From positions 3,840,001-3,904,000 of the forward strand of contig OZ245365.1 of NCBI GenBank assembly GCA_965226495.1: a DNA stretch of 64,000 nucleotides, read 5' to 3'. The translations under genes and the position numbers were made by a program. The first letter of the stretch is position 1; every line of letters begins with the position of its first letter. Shown here one piece after another: positions 39,734-48,616 of this stretch. The notes below the pieces were generated by a model. That model was not told where the DNA came from and searched no databases. It was given only the letters and a program-made list of their open reading frames with translations. The stretch is from Candidatus Marinacidobacterales bacterium. Lineage in GTDB: Bacteria; Acidobacteriota; Vicinamibacteria; Marinacidobacterales; DATDRI01.

Positions 39734-41620
39734 TTAGAGACCCACCTTCTCTAGGAGTCGGATAAAGCGCGGGTCGGACCGAAGTGGATCCCAGTCCGGA
39801 TCCGTCTGGAGCGTCGTAATCGGTAGCGACCGGTTTTCGTAGGCGGATTCGAGCCAATCGAGAGCAGCCTCCTTCTCCCCAAGACCAAGGTAGACCCTCG
39901 CGACATACGACGGGGCGACGTACTTGAGCTCTGACAAGCCCTTGAGCTCATCGAACGTCTCCTGGGCCTCCGCGATGTTGCCGGCGGTCGCGAGCGTTTG
40001 CGCCATCAGGCTCAGCGCCAAAGCGCTAGTGCCGGAGACCCTCTCGAGGCGCTTGAAAGTGGCGAGGGCGTCTTGGTAGCGGGATTGCTGCTTAAAGGCA
40101 AGCCCAAGAACCACGCGCGTGATGTTCGACTCGGGAGCCCACTGCAGGATCTTCTCGCACTCGATCACCACCGACATGTAGTCGCGTTGGAGGTAGAGGA
40201 TGACCGGTACCATGACCGACGACGACAAGGACAACTGGTCGAGCTCGCGCGCGCGGCGGGCCTCGGATAGGGCTTCGTCCAACCGACCGCGCACCGTCAG
40301 CAGGCGACCGTACCACTGGTGCGCCCTGGCGCTTGCTGGCTCGATTTGCAACGCACGGCGCACCGCGAGCTCGCCGCGAGACCAGTCCCAACGGAAGAGT
40401 ATCTCGTAGGCTGCGATGGCAAGCTGCGCGTCGACCATGTCGCCATCGAGCTCGAGCGCTTTCTCCGCTGCCTTTTTAGCATCCTCCTCGAGCTCTTGAG
40501 GCGATGCGAAACCCCAGTAGGCGAGCGAAGCGTACGAATCCACCAGGCCCGCATAGGCCGGTGCGTAGTCCGGATCCTGTACCAAGACGTCCTCGAATAA
40601 GTCGACCGCCCGGTTGATGTCGAGCTCGGTTCCCGCATTCAAGTGATAGCGGCCTCGCAAATAGAGCTCGTAGAGGTCGGCATCCGCCATGTAGTGGTCG
40701 ATCCAGTATTCATCCGAGTCCACGAGAAGCTTGACCTGCAGCGCGTTGGCAATGGCTCGAGAGATCTCTTCCTGCACCGCGAAGATTTCTTCTTCGCGCC
40801 GATCGTAGGTCTCGGACCAGAGGTTTGTACCGTCCGCGGCCCGTATGAGCTGTGCGGTGACGCGGAGATCGTCTCCCGACTTCCGAACACTTCCCTGAAC
40901 GATCTGGTCGACACCCAGTCGCTCACCGATGTCCCGAATATCCAGGCTCTGCCCCTTAAACTGAAACGCGCTCGTCCGCGGCGCGACGTAGAGACCTTGG
41001 AGCTGCGTCAAGGTATTCGTAAGCTCTTCGGCGATGCCATCACCAAAGAACTCTTGGTCCTTCATTTGACTCATATCCGTAAACGGGAGGACCGCGATGG
41101 AGCGAATGGCGCCGGGGACAACTGGGGTGGCGGCGGTATCGGGGTCTCGCGAGCTCGATATCCAGAACACCGCGAGAGCAAGAACGACGACGGCTGCCAC
41201 CGACAATAAGATGGCTGCCGATCTGGGTAAGCCTGGGCTCGCGCTGCCACTGGTGTCGCGGACCGCTTCCTGAAATGTCGGCACATAGCTTCCCTTGGGG
41301 AGCGCGATGCGAAGCGGATCGCCACTACCCTCCGTACGGTAATACTCGTTGAGTTTCGTGCGGAGCCGGGTGGCCTGCACGCGAACAATGGTATCGGTCC
41401 GCGGGTCGTAATCTTTCCCTCTTCCCAGAACCTCGACGCCGACGTTGTACTCTTTGAGCTGATCGCCTTCTCCCTCGAGGGTTTGCTCCACGACATACTG
41501 CAAGAAACGCTTCAAGCTTTCCGATTGTGAAAACTCCTGACTGCCCACAATCTTCTCGAGCTGCGCCTGAACAGCTTTCTTGGGAGGCCCGATGTGGCCG
41601 GTCGAGGGGGATTTCGTCAT
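39734..41620 (-). CDS. Membrane-anchored regulator: wHTH-like N-terminus, TM, TolB-N-like domain, TPRs
   Basis: LKEYNVGVEVLGR..DPRTDTIVRVQATRLRTKLNEYY..LPKGSYVP; SIAVLPF; LYLRGR; DPDWDPLRSDPRF. Confidence 0.82.
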   Translation of the reverse strand: MTKSPSTGHIGPPKKAVQAQLEKIVGSQEFSQSESLKRFLQYVVEQTLEGEGDQLKEYNVGVEVLGRGKDYDPRTDTIVRVQATRLRTKLNEYYRTEGSGDPLRIALPKGSYVPTFQEAVRDTSGSASPGLPRSAAILLSVAAVVVLALAVFWISSSRDPDTAATPVVPGAIRSIAVLPFTDMSQMKDQEFFGDGIAEELTNTLTQLQGLYVAPRTSAFQFKGQSLDIRDIGERLGVDQIVQGSVRKSGDDLRVTAQLIRAADGTNLWSETYDRREEEIFAVQEEISRAIANALQVKLLVDSDEYWIDHYMADADLYELYLRGRYHLNAGTELDINRAVDLFEDVLVQDPDYAPAYAGLVDSYASLAYWGFASPQELEEDAKKAAEKALELDGDMVDAQLAIAAYEILFRWDWSRGELAVRRALQIEPASARAHQWYGRLLTVRGRLDEALSEARRARELDQLSLSSSVMVPVILYLQRDYMSVVIECEKILQWAPESNITRVVLGLAFKQQSRYQDALATFKRLERVSGTSALALSLMAQTLATAGNIAEAQETFDELKGLSELKYVAPSYVARVYLGLGEKEAALDWLESAYENRSLPITTLQTDPDWDPLRSDPRFIRLLEKVGL

Positions 41621-41673
41621 GGTCGCCTTCGGCGAGGAAAGCGCAAGTATAGCACGGTCTATCTCTTGCGATG

Positions 41674-41694
41674 ACGGTAACCGTTACGTAACGG
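41674..41694. promoter_or_regulatory. Palindromic GTAAC/GTTAC array, candidate operator
   Basis: Perfect 14-bp palindrome CCGTTACGTAACGG (41681-41694) overlapping ACGGTAACCGT, between divergent regulator genes. Confidence 0.55.
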
Positions 41695-41867
41695 AAACTC
41701 ACTCCCGCAACGCGATCCCGTAGTGCATCCTGGGCATGCTCAACATCGGAAACGCATCAATGGGCCGGTTCGAGGCTGGCGCTGCAGGTTTGGGGTGGGA
41801 AACAACTTGTGGCTTCGTCCTCGAACCGGCTCTGGATTTTTAGGGGTAGCCCGAAGGGAGACGGGAT

Positions 41868-42314
41868 ATGGCGATGCCGATGACAATCACGACGAATGCC
41901 GAGGAGAGATTGGACAGACTACGCGTGCTATTGGCCGACGACTACCAGCCCATACTGGATTTCGTCCGACACCTCCTAGAACGAAGATTCGACATCGTGG
42001 GGCTCGTGGCAGACGGGGAGTCGCTGCTCGACGCGGCGAAACGGCTCCAGCCCGACATCATCGTCCTGGATGTCACGATGCCACTTCTCACCGGGCTCGA
42101 GGCGGCGGGTGAGATTTCGAAGCGGGCGAACCCGCCCAAGCTCATTTTCCTGACACTGCTCGACGAGCCAGGCGTGGTCGAGAAAGCACTCTCGGTTGGT
42201 GCTTCAGGCTACGTTCTCAAGTCTGCGTTGGTAACCGACTTAGAGAAGGCGATCCAGTCTGCGATCGACGGGCGGGTCTTCGTTTCGCCAGGCATCAAAG
42301 AAAGCTATCACTGA
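41868..42314 (+). CDS. Stand-alone NarL-type receiver domain response regulator
   Basis: LLADD, VLDVTMP, FLT, GYVLKS; ends without an HTH. Confidence 0.85.
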   Translation: MAMPMTITTNAEERLDRLRVLLADDYQPILDFVRHLLERRFDIVGLVADGESLLDAAKRLQPDIIVLDVTMPLLTGLEAAGEISKRANPPKLIFLTLLDEPGVVEKALSVGASGYVLKSALVTDLEKAIQSAIDGRVFVSPGIKESYH

Positions 42315-42350
42315 TCCAAGACCATTACGTTCCCTCAACACACCAAAACC

Positions 42351-43880
42351 TCAATGGCCCCGGAAAGCTTCGAGGAGATCCGGATCGATCTTGCTCTTCA
42401 CGGTGCGACGATCGAGCGCCAAACGTCGTGCCGTCTCCTGGTAGTTCCCGGTTTGGGCATAAACGAGAGTGCAGTAGCGCGTCAAGAGCTCGTCAGCCGT
42501 GAGCTCACCTGCCGAGAGCGCTTCGACCAACCCGCGGCGTGGATCTTGCGAGGGAGTGCGGGGCGCCCGGTACTCGTTCCGGATGAGAATGTTCCGGACA
42601 CACTGCTCGAGCTCCCGCACGTTACCGGGCCAAGGATAGTCTCGCTCTAGGTGCCCTTCAATCCAGAGCTCGACCTCGCCCACCAATTTCTCCGCCTCCT
42701 CGGGACCGGCGATACGCTGAGCTATAAATAGCACCAGATTCCTCAACTCCTCGGGTGAATCGGCCAGCTGTTCTCGAAGCGACGGCGTGACGATCAAATC
42801 GGAGCACAGTCGGTAGTAGAGGTCCTCCCGGAATCTCCCGCCTTTCATCTCTCGAGCCAGGTCGCGATTCGTGGCGGCAATGACCTTTCCCTGGAACTTC
42901 CGACTCGTCGTTTCACCCAGCCGCTGGAACTCGCGGGTTTCCAGGACGCGTAGGAGCTTCACTTGGATCGAGCCATCGAGCTCTCCGATCTCGTCCAGAA
43001 AAACGGTTCCCAAGGGCGGGCAGACCTCGAGCCAACCGGAGCGGTCCTGGAGGGCACCGGTGAAGGCCCCTTTTCGAGAGCCGAAGAGCTCCGACTCGAT
43101 CAGCGTTGGAGACAAAGCGGAGAGGTTGAGAGGGAGAAAGGCATCCGCAGTATCGGAAACGAAGCTACCGTTTCCGGTATCGAAGGGTACGTACCGCGAA
43201 AGGCCGATGGCGCGGGCGACCAGCTCTTTACCCGTGCCCGAGGGACCGGTGACCAGGGTCGTCACATCCCTCATGCGCTGATAGAGCGTTCGACGGTAGC
43301 GTCGGAAGTCGTGCGTGAAGATCGACTGCCAGACGGCGGCACGGAGACGAGCCGCGGGCGCCGAAGCTCCCACGATGTAGTTGAACGTGTGATAGAAGGC
43401 GCGGCGAATCTGAAAGAAGACCGCGAACAAGTGGGCGATCTCCGCGGTCGACGGCGCGCCAGCTCCGGGCAACCCTAGGTAGTGCTGTGCGTCCCGGACG
43501 AACTTGGAGAAGAACCGGACTCGGCCACCCCCGGCCTTCTCGGTAATGATGGCCTTGTAGTCGTCCTCGTAACGGAAGTAGAGGAGGTAGAGAACGAGAT
43601 CTTCGTAGAGTTCTCTCTCCTCAGCCTTCATCTTTACTTGCTGCGTCAGGCGGCTGCGTAGCCCGTCAGCGAGGTCCGTGGTCCGCTGGCCCAGCCGGTT
43701 GACGTTGGGGTTGTGCTTTCTACCATCCGGCTGAACACTCCAAACGGAGCTGAGCGGCACGAAATCCTCGCCCAGTGCCTCCCGCTCACAAGCGATCCGC
43801 TCCGGCAGGAACGGGTTGCAGTATGCCAGCCTAGAAATCGCCCCTGCGAAGGCCTTTTCCTCGCTTCTCAGGAAAGCCAT
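42351..43880 (-). CDS. Sigma54-dependent transcriptional activator (bEBP) with unrecognised N-terminal domain
   Basis: GPSGTGKE, ESELFG, GAFTGA, FLDEIGEL, AATN, FREDLYYRL, WPGNVREL, C-terminal HTH; GGAG RBS before ATG 43880. Confidence 0.92.
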   Translation of the reverse strand: MAFLRSEEKAFAGAISRLAYCNPFLPERIACEREALGEDFVPLSSVWSVQPDGRKHNPNVNRLGQRTTDLADGLRSRLTQQVKMKAEERELYEDLVLYLLYFRYEDDYKAIITEKAGGGRVRFFSKFVRDAQHYLGLPGAGAPSTAEIAHLFAVFFQIRRAFYHTFNYIVGASAPAARLRAAVWQSIFTHDFRRYRRTLYQRMRDVTTLVTGPSGTGKELVARAIGLSRYVPFDTGNGSFVSDTADAFLPLNLSALSPTLIESELFGSRKGAFTGALQDRSGWLEVCPPLGTVFLDEIGELDGSIQVKLLRVLETREFQRLGETTSRKFQGKVIAATNRDLAREMKGGRFREDLYYRLCSDLIVTPSLREQLADSPEELRNLVLFIAQRIAGPEEAEKLVGEVELWIEGHLERDYPWPGNVRELEQCVRNILIRNEYRAPRTPSQDPRRGLVEALSAGELTADELLTRYCTLVYAQTGNYQETARRLALDRRTVKSKIDPDLLEAFRGH

Positions 43881-43892
43881 AAACAATCTCCT

Positions 43893-43913
43893 CGTGTACA
43901 TAAAATGTACACG
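43893..43913. promoter_or_regulatory. Candidate upstream activator sequence of the bEBP
   Basis: Perfect inverted repeat CGTGTACAT-AAA-ATGTACACG, about 110 bp upstream of the -24 element. Confidence 0.65.
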
Positions 43914-44019
43914 CCCCCTCACAAAACGTCAATGGCTGAACCGCTACCAAGTGGGTGGCACTTGTCGGAAAAGTGCCTAACCCCTTTCTTGTTAGTTGGA
44001 TATCGAGTGAGGCGGGTCA

Positions 44020-44035
44020 TGGCATGCCTCCTGCT
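44020..44035 (+). promoter_or_regulatory. Sigma54 (-24/-12) promoter
   Basis: TGGCATGCCTCCTGCT with exact GG-N10-GC spacing, 29 bp before the ATG of the VIT-vWA gene (GGAGG RBS). Confidence 0.82.
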
Positions 44036-44064
44036 CTTAGAGCAGTCGTTAGGGAGGTGCTGCA

Positions 44065-46077
44065 ATGTTCAAAGGAAAGCTCGGAATCTGGATTTTGGGA
44101 ATCGTCACTCTACTAGGTGGAAGCCGAATCGAAGCGGCCGGGAACTTGACCCCGCGCGACTCCGATCACGCCGCCATCCAAATCCTGAACCATCACGTCA
44201 ACGTCACCATCAACAACGGCTTCGCTCAGACGGAGGTGATTCAAACTTTCTACAATCCGAACGGCGTGGATCTCGAGGCCATCTACTCGTTCCCCCTCCC
44301 GAAGAGCGCGAGCCTCTCGGAAATGACCATCTACGTGGGCGAGCTCGAGATCGAGGGAGAGGTGCTGGAGAAAGAAGAAGCGACTCGGATTTACGAGGAA
44401 GAGCGCGACCAAGGCGGAAACGCCGGGCTCGCCTCAAAGAACGGCTACCAGACATTCGAATTCGCGGTCTCGCCGGTTCGGGCCCAAGACGAGACGCGGA
44501 TTCGTTTCGTCTACTACCAACCGCTCGAGATCGACACCGGCGTGGGCCGATACATTTATCCTCTCGAAGAAGGCGGTACCGACGACCTGGCGGCCAGTTT
44601 CTGGACTTCCAACGAAAAAGTCGAGGCCGACTTTTCCGTCAACCTGGAGTTGAAATCTGCCTGGCCGGTCGCCGACGTTCGAGTTCCCGGTTTCGAGGCC
44701 GACGCGCAAATCACCGAAACCGCAGGCGACCACTACCAAGTGAAGTTGGAACAACAAGGCGTTTCGCTCAATCGTGATTTCGTCTTTTACTACCGGCTAC
44801 AGGACGACCTGCCGGGCCGCGTCGAGCTCGTCGCCTATCGTGCGGACGAAACGAAACCCGGAACCTTCATGATGGTCGTGACGCCAGGCCTCGACCTACA
44901 ACCACTCAATCGCGGCGCGGACTACACGTTCGTGCTCGATGTGTCCGGCAGCATGGAAGGCAAGATCCACGCGCTTGCAGAAGGTGTGATCCAAGGACTC
45001 GGAGAGCTCAGTCCCGACGACCGATTTCGCATCATTACGTTCAACAATCGGGCCCGCCATCTGACCCGCGGCTGGCTACCGGCGACCCCAGACAACGTCC
45101 ATGTCGCGGTCGGCTTCGTGAAGTCGCTGAAACCCGGTGGGGGAACGAATCTCTACGACGGACTCTCCATGGGACTCGAGGATCTGGACGACGATCGGGC
45201 CTCCAGTATCGTGCTCGTGACGGACGCGGTCACCAACACTGGCATCGTGGATCCTAAGGAGTTTCATCAGCTCATGCAGAAAGTAGACGTTCGGGTTTTC
45301 AGTTTCCTCATGGGAAACAATGCGAACTGGCCGTTGATGCGCACCATCACCGACGCGAGTGGAGGCTTTTGGAAGTCGGTCTCCAACTCCGACGACATCA
45401 TCGGCGAAATCTTATTGGCCAAGAGCAAGATCACTCATGAGAGCCTACACGATGCCCAGATCAAAGTGAGTGGTGTGAAAGTTTTCGACGCCACCGACGA
45501 AATGATCGGAAAGATCTATCGCGGGCAGCAACTGGTCCTGTTCGGGCGCTACGAGAAAGGTGGCAAGGCGAACCTAACGCTGGATGCTCGCATGACCGGC
45601 GAGGACAAGACCTATTCGACGAGCTTCGACTTTCCGGACACCGATACCGACAACCCCGAGATCGAAAGGCTCTGGGCGCTCAATCGTATCGAGACGGTGG
45701 AGGCCAAGCAAAACGCAGGCTTCCTCCCAGAGAATGAAGCCCGGCAGGCAATCGTCGACATGGGTCTCGCCTACCAACTCGTCACCGACCATACCTCGAT
45801 GGTCGTCCTCTCCGATGAGAGCTTCGCAAAGCGTGGAATCGACAGAAGGAATCAACGCCGAACCGCAGCCGAGCGCAAGGCCCAGGCGGTTCGAAGCAAC
45901 CAGGCACCGACCAACCGACGTGTGGATCATTCGTCACCCATGTTCAAACACCGCGCCCCGCGGCCCAAGGGGCGCGGCGGCAGCGGAGCCATCGATCCCT
46001 TGACCGGAACGATGGCACTTGGTCTGGTCGGCTGGGCGCTCGCTGCGCGCCGGCGCAGGAAGACTCTCGATCGGTAG
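44065..46077 (+). CDS. Secreted VIT + vWA domain protein with GlyGly-CTERM-like sorting signal
   Basis: Signal peptide; VIT (QTFYNP...EAIYSFPLP); MIDAS DVSGS..GGT..TD; tail GRGGSGAIDP-hydrophobic-RRRRK. Confidence 0.88.
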   Translation: MFKGKLGIWILGIVTLLGGSRIEAAGNLTPRDSDHAAIQILNHHVNVTINNGFAQTEVIQTFYNPNGVDLEAIYSFPLPKSASLSEMTIYVGELEIEGEVLEKEEATRIYEEERDQGGNAGLASKNGYQTFEFAVSPVRAQDETRIRFVYYQPLEIDTGVGRYIYPLEEGGTDDLAASFWTSNEKVEADFSVNLELKSAWPVADVRVPGFEADAQITETAGDHYQVKLEQQGVSLNRDFVFYYRLQDDLPGRVELVAYRADETKPGTFMMVVTPGLDLQPLNRGADYTFVLDVSGSMEGKIHALAEGVIQGLGELSPDDRFRIITFNNRARHLTRGWLPATPDNVHVAVGFVKSLKPGGGTNLYDGLSMGLEDLDDDRASSIVLVTDAVTNTGIVDPKEFHQLMQKVDVRVFSFLMGNNANWPLMRTITDASGGFWKSVSNSDDIIGEILLAKSKITHESLHDAQIKVSGVKVFDATDEMIGKIYRGQQLVLFGRYEKGGKANLTLDARMTGEDKTYSTSFDFPDTDTDNPEIERLWALNRIETVEAKQNAGFLPENEARQAIVDMGLAYQLVTDHTSMVVLSDESFAKRGIDRRNQRRTAAERKAQAVRSNQAPTNRRVDHSSPMFKHRAPRPKGRGGSGAIDPLTGTMALGLVGWALAARRRRKTLDR

Positions 46078-46081
46078 GCCG

Positions 46082-46759
46082 ATGAAGTTGAGATCACTTG
46101 GTCATGCAGCGAGGCGCATTCCGTGCGCCTCGCTGCTCCTCGGGGCACTCGCCGTCGTCGTCTACCTAATTCCAGCACTGAGTGAAGCTCTTCAGTACGA
46201 TCGTCAGGCCGTCCTAAGGGGCGAGCTTTGGAGGATCGTGACTTGCCATTGGACGCATTGGTCGCTCGATCACTTGCTATGGGATCTCGCGGTCTTCGTG
46301 GGACTGGGTGCGGCTTGCGAGCAGATGAATGCGTCACGCTACCTTGTATGTCTATCGGCCACCGCGATCCTCATACCCCTTGCGGTCGTGATCCTCTTGC
46401 CCGACATGGAAACCTATCGCGGCTTATCAGGGCTCGACTCGGCTCTCTTCGTTCTCCTCGCCGCTCCCATCCTCGCGGAGAAGCTCAAGGAGAGAAGTTG
46501 GGGATGGGTGACCCTCGGCGTGGGATTTTTCGTGGGTTTTCTTCTAAAGACAGCCTACGAGTTGGCAACCGGTGCGGCGGTCTTCGTCTCTAGCCCCACC
46601 GATATCGCGTCGGTCCCGTTGGCTCACGCGGTCGGAGCGGCGGTTGGAATACTCATGGTCCTCGATGGGGGCGGATTAGGAACAACGCCGCGCCGCCGAG
46701 CAGGTATAGCTTGCGCCGATGAGACCTCTGACGCCACCAGAGATCTCGCTCCCGCCTGA
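46082..46759 (+). CDS. rrtA: Rhombosortase
   Basis: LQYDR, GELWRIVTCHWTH, HLLWD, YRGLSG (catalytic Ser), AHAVG (catalytic His); 4 bp after the GlyGly-CTERM-like gene. Confidence 0.82.
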   Translation: MKLRSLGHAARRIPCASLLLGALAVVVYLIPALSEALQYDRQAVLRGELWRIVTCHWTHWSLDHLLWDLAVFVGLGAACEQMNASRYLVCLSATAILIPLAVVILLPDMETYRGLSGLDSALFVLLAAPILAEKLKERSWGWVTLGVGFFVGFLLKTAYELATGAAVFVSSPTDIASVPLAHAVGAAVGILMVLDGGGLGTTPRRRAGIACADETSDATRDLAPA

Positions 46760-46776
46760 CACGCTCAAAGCTCTTT

Positions 46777-48369
46777 GTGCTAACCTCCGTGACAACTGCG
46801 GAGGGCTTTCCGTTGCTCCTCGATTTCGGAATCATCGCCAGCTATTTTCTGATCGTTCTCTTCATCGGATTGTGGTCCCGAGTGGGCAAGGACGTTACTC
46901 CCGATCAGTACTTCCTCAGCTCGCGCTCGCTCAAGTGGCCTTCCATAGCCATCTCCACCATCGCAACGAATATCCATGCCGGACACTTCATCGGAATGAC
47001 TGGCTCGGCGTATCTCTACGGTTTGGCGCAAGCGAACCTCGAGATCAACGCCATCCTCGGCATTGTCATCGCCACACTCTTCTTCGTGCCGCTATTTCTG
47101 CGACAACGAGTCACGACGATCACCCAGTTCCTCGAGAACAAACTGGGACCCTATGTTGCCCTGGCCTACTCCTCGTTCATGATCCTCCTGTACGGGTTCT
47201 TGTTCCTGGGCTCGGCCCTCTTTTGGGCTTCCTATGCGATCGATGGACTGTTCGGCGAGCTCATCGGAACCTCGGCTCTCGCCCCCCCCTGGGGTCTTTT
47301 TGCCTTGGCCATCGTCCTGGCAGCGTTCTCCGCCTTTTACACTTACTTAGGAGGCCTCCGGGCGGTAGTTCGCACCGATGTGGTTCAGTTCGTCCTGCTC
47401 CTCGGTGGTGGACTGGTCACAGTTTTCTTCGCCATCAAAGCGCTGGGTGGATGGCCGGAGCTCTGGTCCCAAACCCCGCAACTGATGCACCTGCACTTGC
47501 CGCGGGATCACGAAGCGCTGCCCTGGATCGGGCTCTTCGGCATGAACCTCCTCAATCTGAACTATTGGGGAGCCAATCAAGTCATTCTGCAGAGGGCGCT
47601 GGCAGCCAAAGACCTTCGACAGGCTCAAATCGGCCTCTTGGTGGGCGGCGCCGTCAAATACGTCATGGTCGTGATCGTGATCGTTCCGGGAATCGCGCTC
47701 GCCGGAATCCTCCGAGACGATCCGCTCGAAGATCCCGATCAAGCGTATCTGACTCTGGTGAAGACTCTCCTACCGGTGGGCCTCCGGGGGCTCGTCCTCT
47801 GCGGTCTTTTTGCTTCGTTGATGAGCACGGTCGACTCCATCTACAACTCGGTGTCCACCATGTGGTCGGTGGACATCTACAAGAGGCACTTGAGACCGGA
47901 GGCGAGCAATTCTCAGATGGTGCGGGCCGCCCGAGTGGCCATGGTCGGCACGATGCTCTGCGGCTTGGCTTTCGCGTTCATGATGATCAACGCGAAGCTC
48001 GGCAGTCAATCGTCGGCTTTCACGCACTGGTTCAACGAGCTCTCCTACTACGTCAAGAACGGTTTCGTGTTGCTCATTCTGGCGGCCGTCCTTCTCATCA
48101 AGCCGGCTAGAGCTCTCGTTCTGATCGTTCTAATCTCGAGCGGCTTGCTGTACTACGTTTTGAGCTTGGCTTTTCCAGCTATGAATTACTTCGTCCGCTC
48201 GGGCTGGGTCATCGTGGCGAGCTTTGCGATCGTCGCCATTCCCACTGTCTACAAGAACGGTTGGCGGTTGCCCGAAGGTAACTTCGTCGAGGTTTCTCAT
48301 CCGCGGGTGGGGCACTTTGCGCTTGCCCTACTCGCTTCGCTCGTCTTCTGTCACATCGTCTTTCATTGA
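46777..48369 (+). CDS. Sodium:solute symporter (SLC5/SGLT-like)
   Basis: YFLSSRSLKWP, GGLRAVVRTDVVQ, YWGANQVILQRALAAK, ASLMSTVDS; start uncertain. Confidence 0.9.
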   Translation: MLTSVTTAEGFPLLLDFGIIASYFLIVLFIGLWSRVGKDVTPDQYFLSSRSLKWPSIAISTIATNIHAGHFIGMTGSAYLYGLAQANLEINAILGIVIATLFFVPLFLRQRVTTITQFLENKLGPYVALAYSSFMILLYGFLFLGSALFWASYAIDGLFGELIGTSALAPPWGLFALAIVLAAFSAFYTYLGGLRAVVRTDVVQFVLLLGGGLVTVFFAIKALGGWPELWSQTPQLMHLHLPRDHEALPWIGLFGMNLLNLNYWGANQVILQRALAAKDLRQAQIGLLVGGAVKYVMVVIVIVPGIALAGILRDDPLEDPDQAYLTLVKTLLPVGLRGLVLCGLFASLMSTVDSIYNSVSTMWSVDIYKRHLRPEASNSQMVRAARVAMVGTMLCGLAFAFMMINAKLGSQSSAFTHWFNELSYYVKNGFVLLILAAVLLIKPARALVLIVLISSGLLYYVLSLAFPAMNYFVRSGWVIVASFAIVAIPTVYKNGWRLPEGNFVEVSHPRVGHFALALLASLVFCHIVFH

Positions 48370-48616
48370 GGCAGGGACATACTCTTCTGAATTGACTTGA
48401 CGTGCGGGTTCTTTTGATGCATTGTGAGGCCGCCTTCGAGCTTTTGCCTGTTGAAATCACGCTGCAGGGGCTAACCTGAATCTCCTCAGGTAACCAAGCA
48501 GCGTCGGGGTCGCGCGGCAACCGAGACCGCTCTTCTTCAACTCGGCATCACACAACACGCCCCAGCTCAGCTGTCCCGGAGCGCGTGACTCTCCGGTGTT
48601 TCCAGGGAGGACGACT

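Noticed and set aside
43956-43971. TGGCAC as a second sigma54 -24 box
   Set aside because: No GC at the -12 position (AA instead); better explained as one arm of an inverted repeat.
48555-48600. SAM-IV-like segment CCCAGCTCAGCTGTCCCGG
   Set aside because: It lacks the following GCAACC and the 5' AUGAG core in the right order, so no family is assigned.
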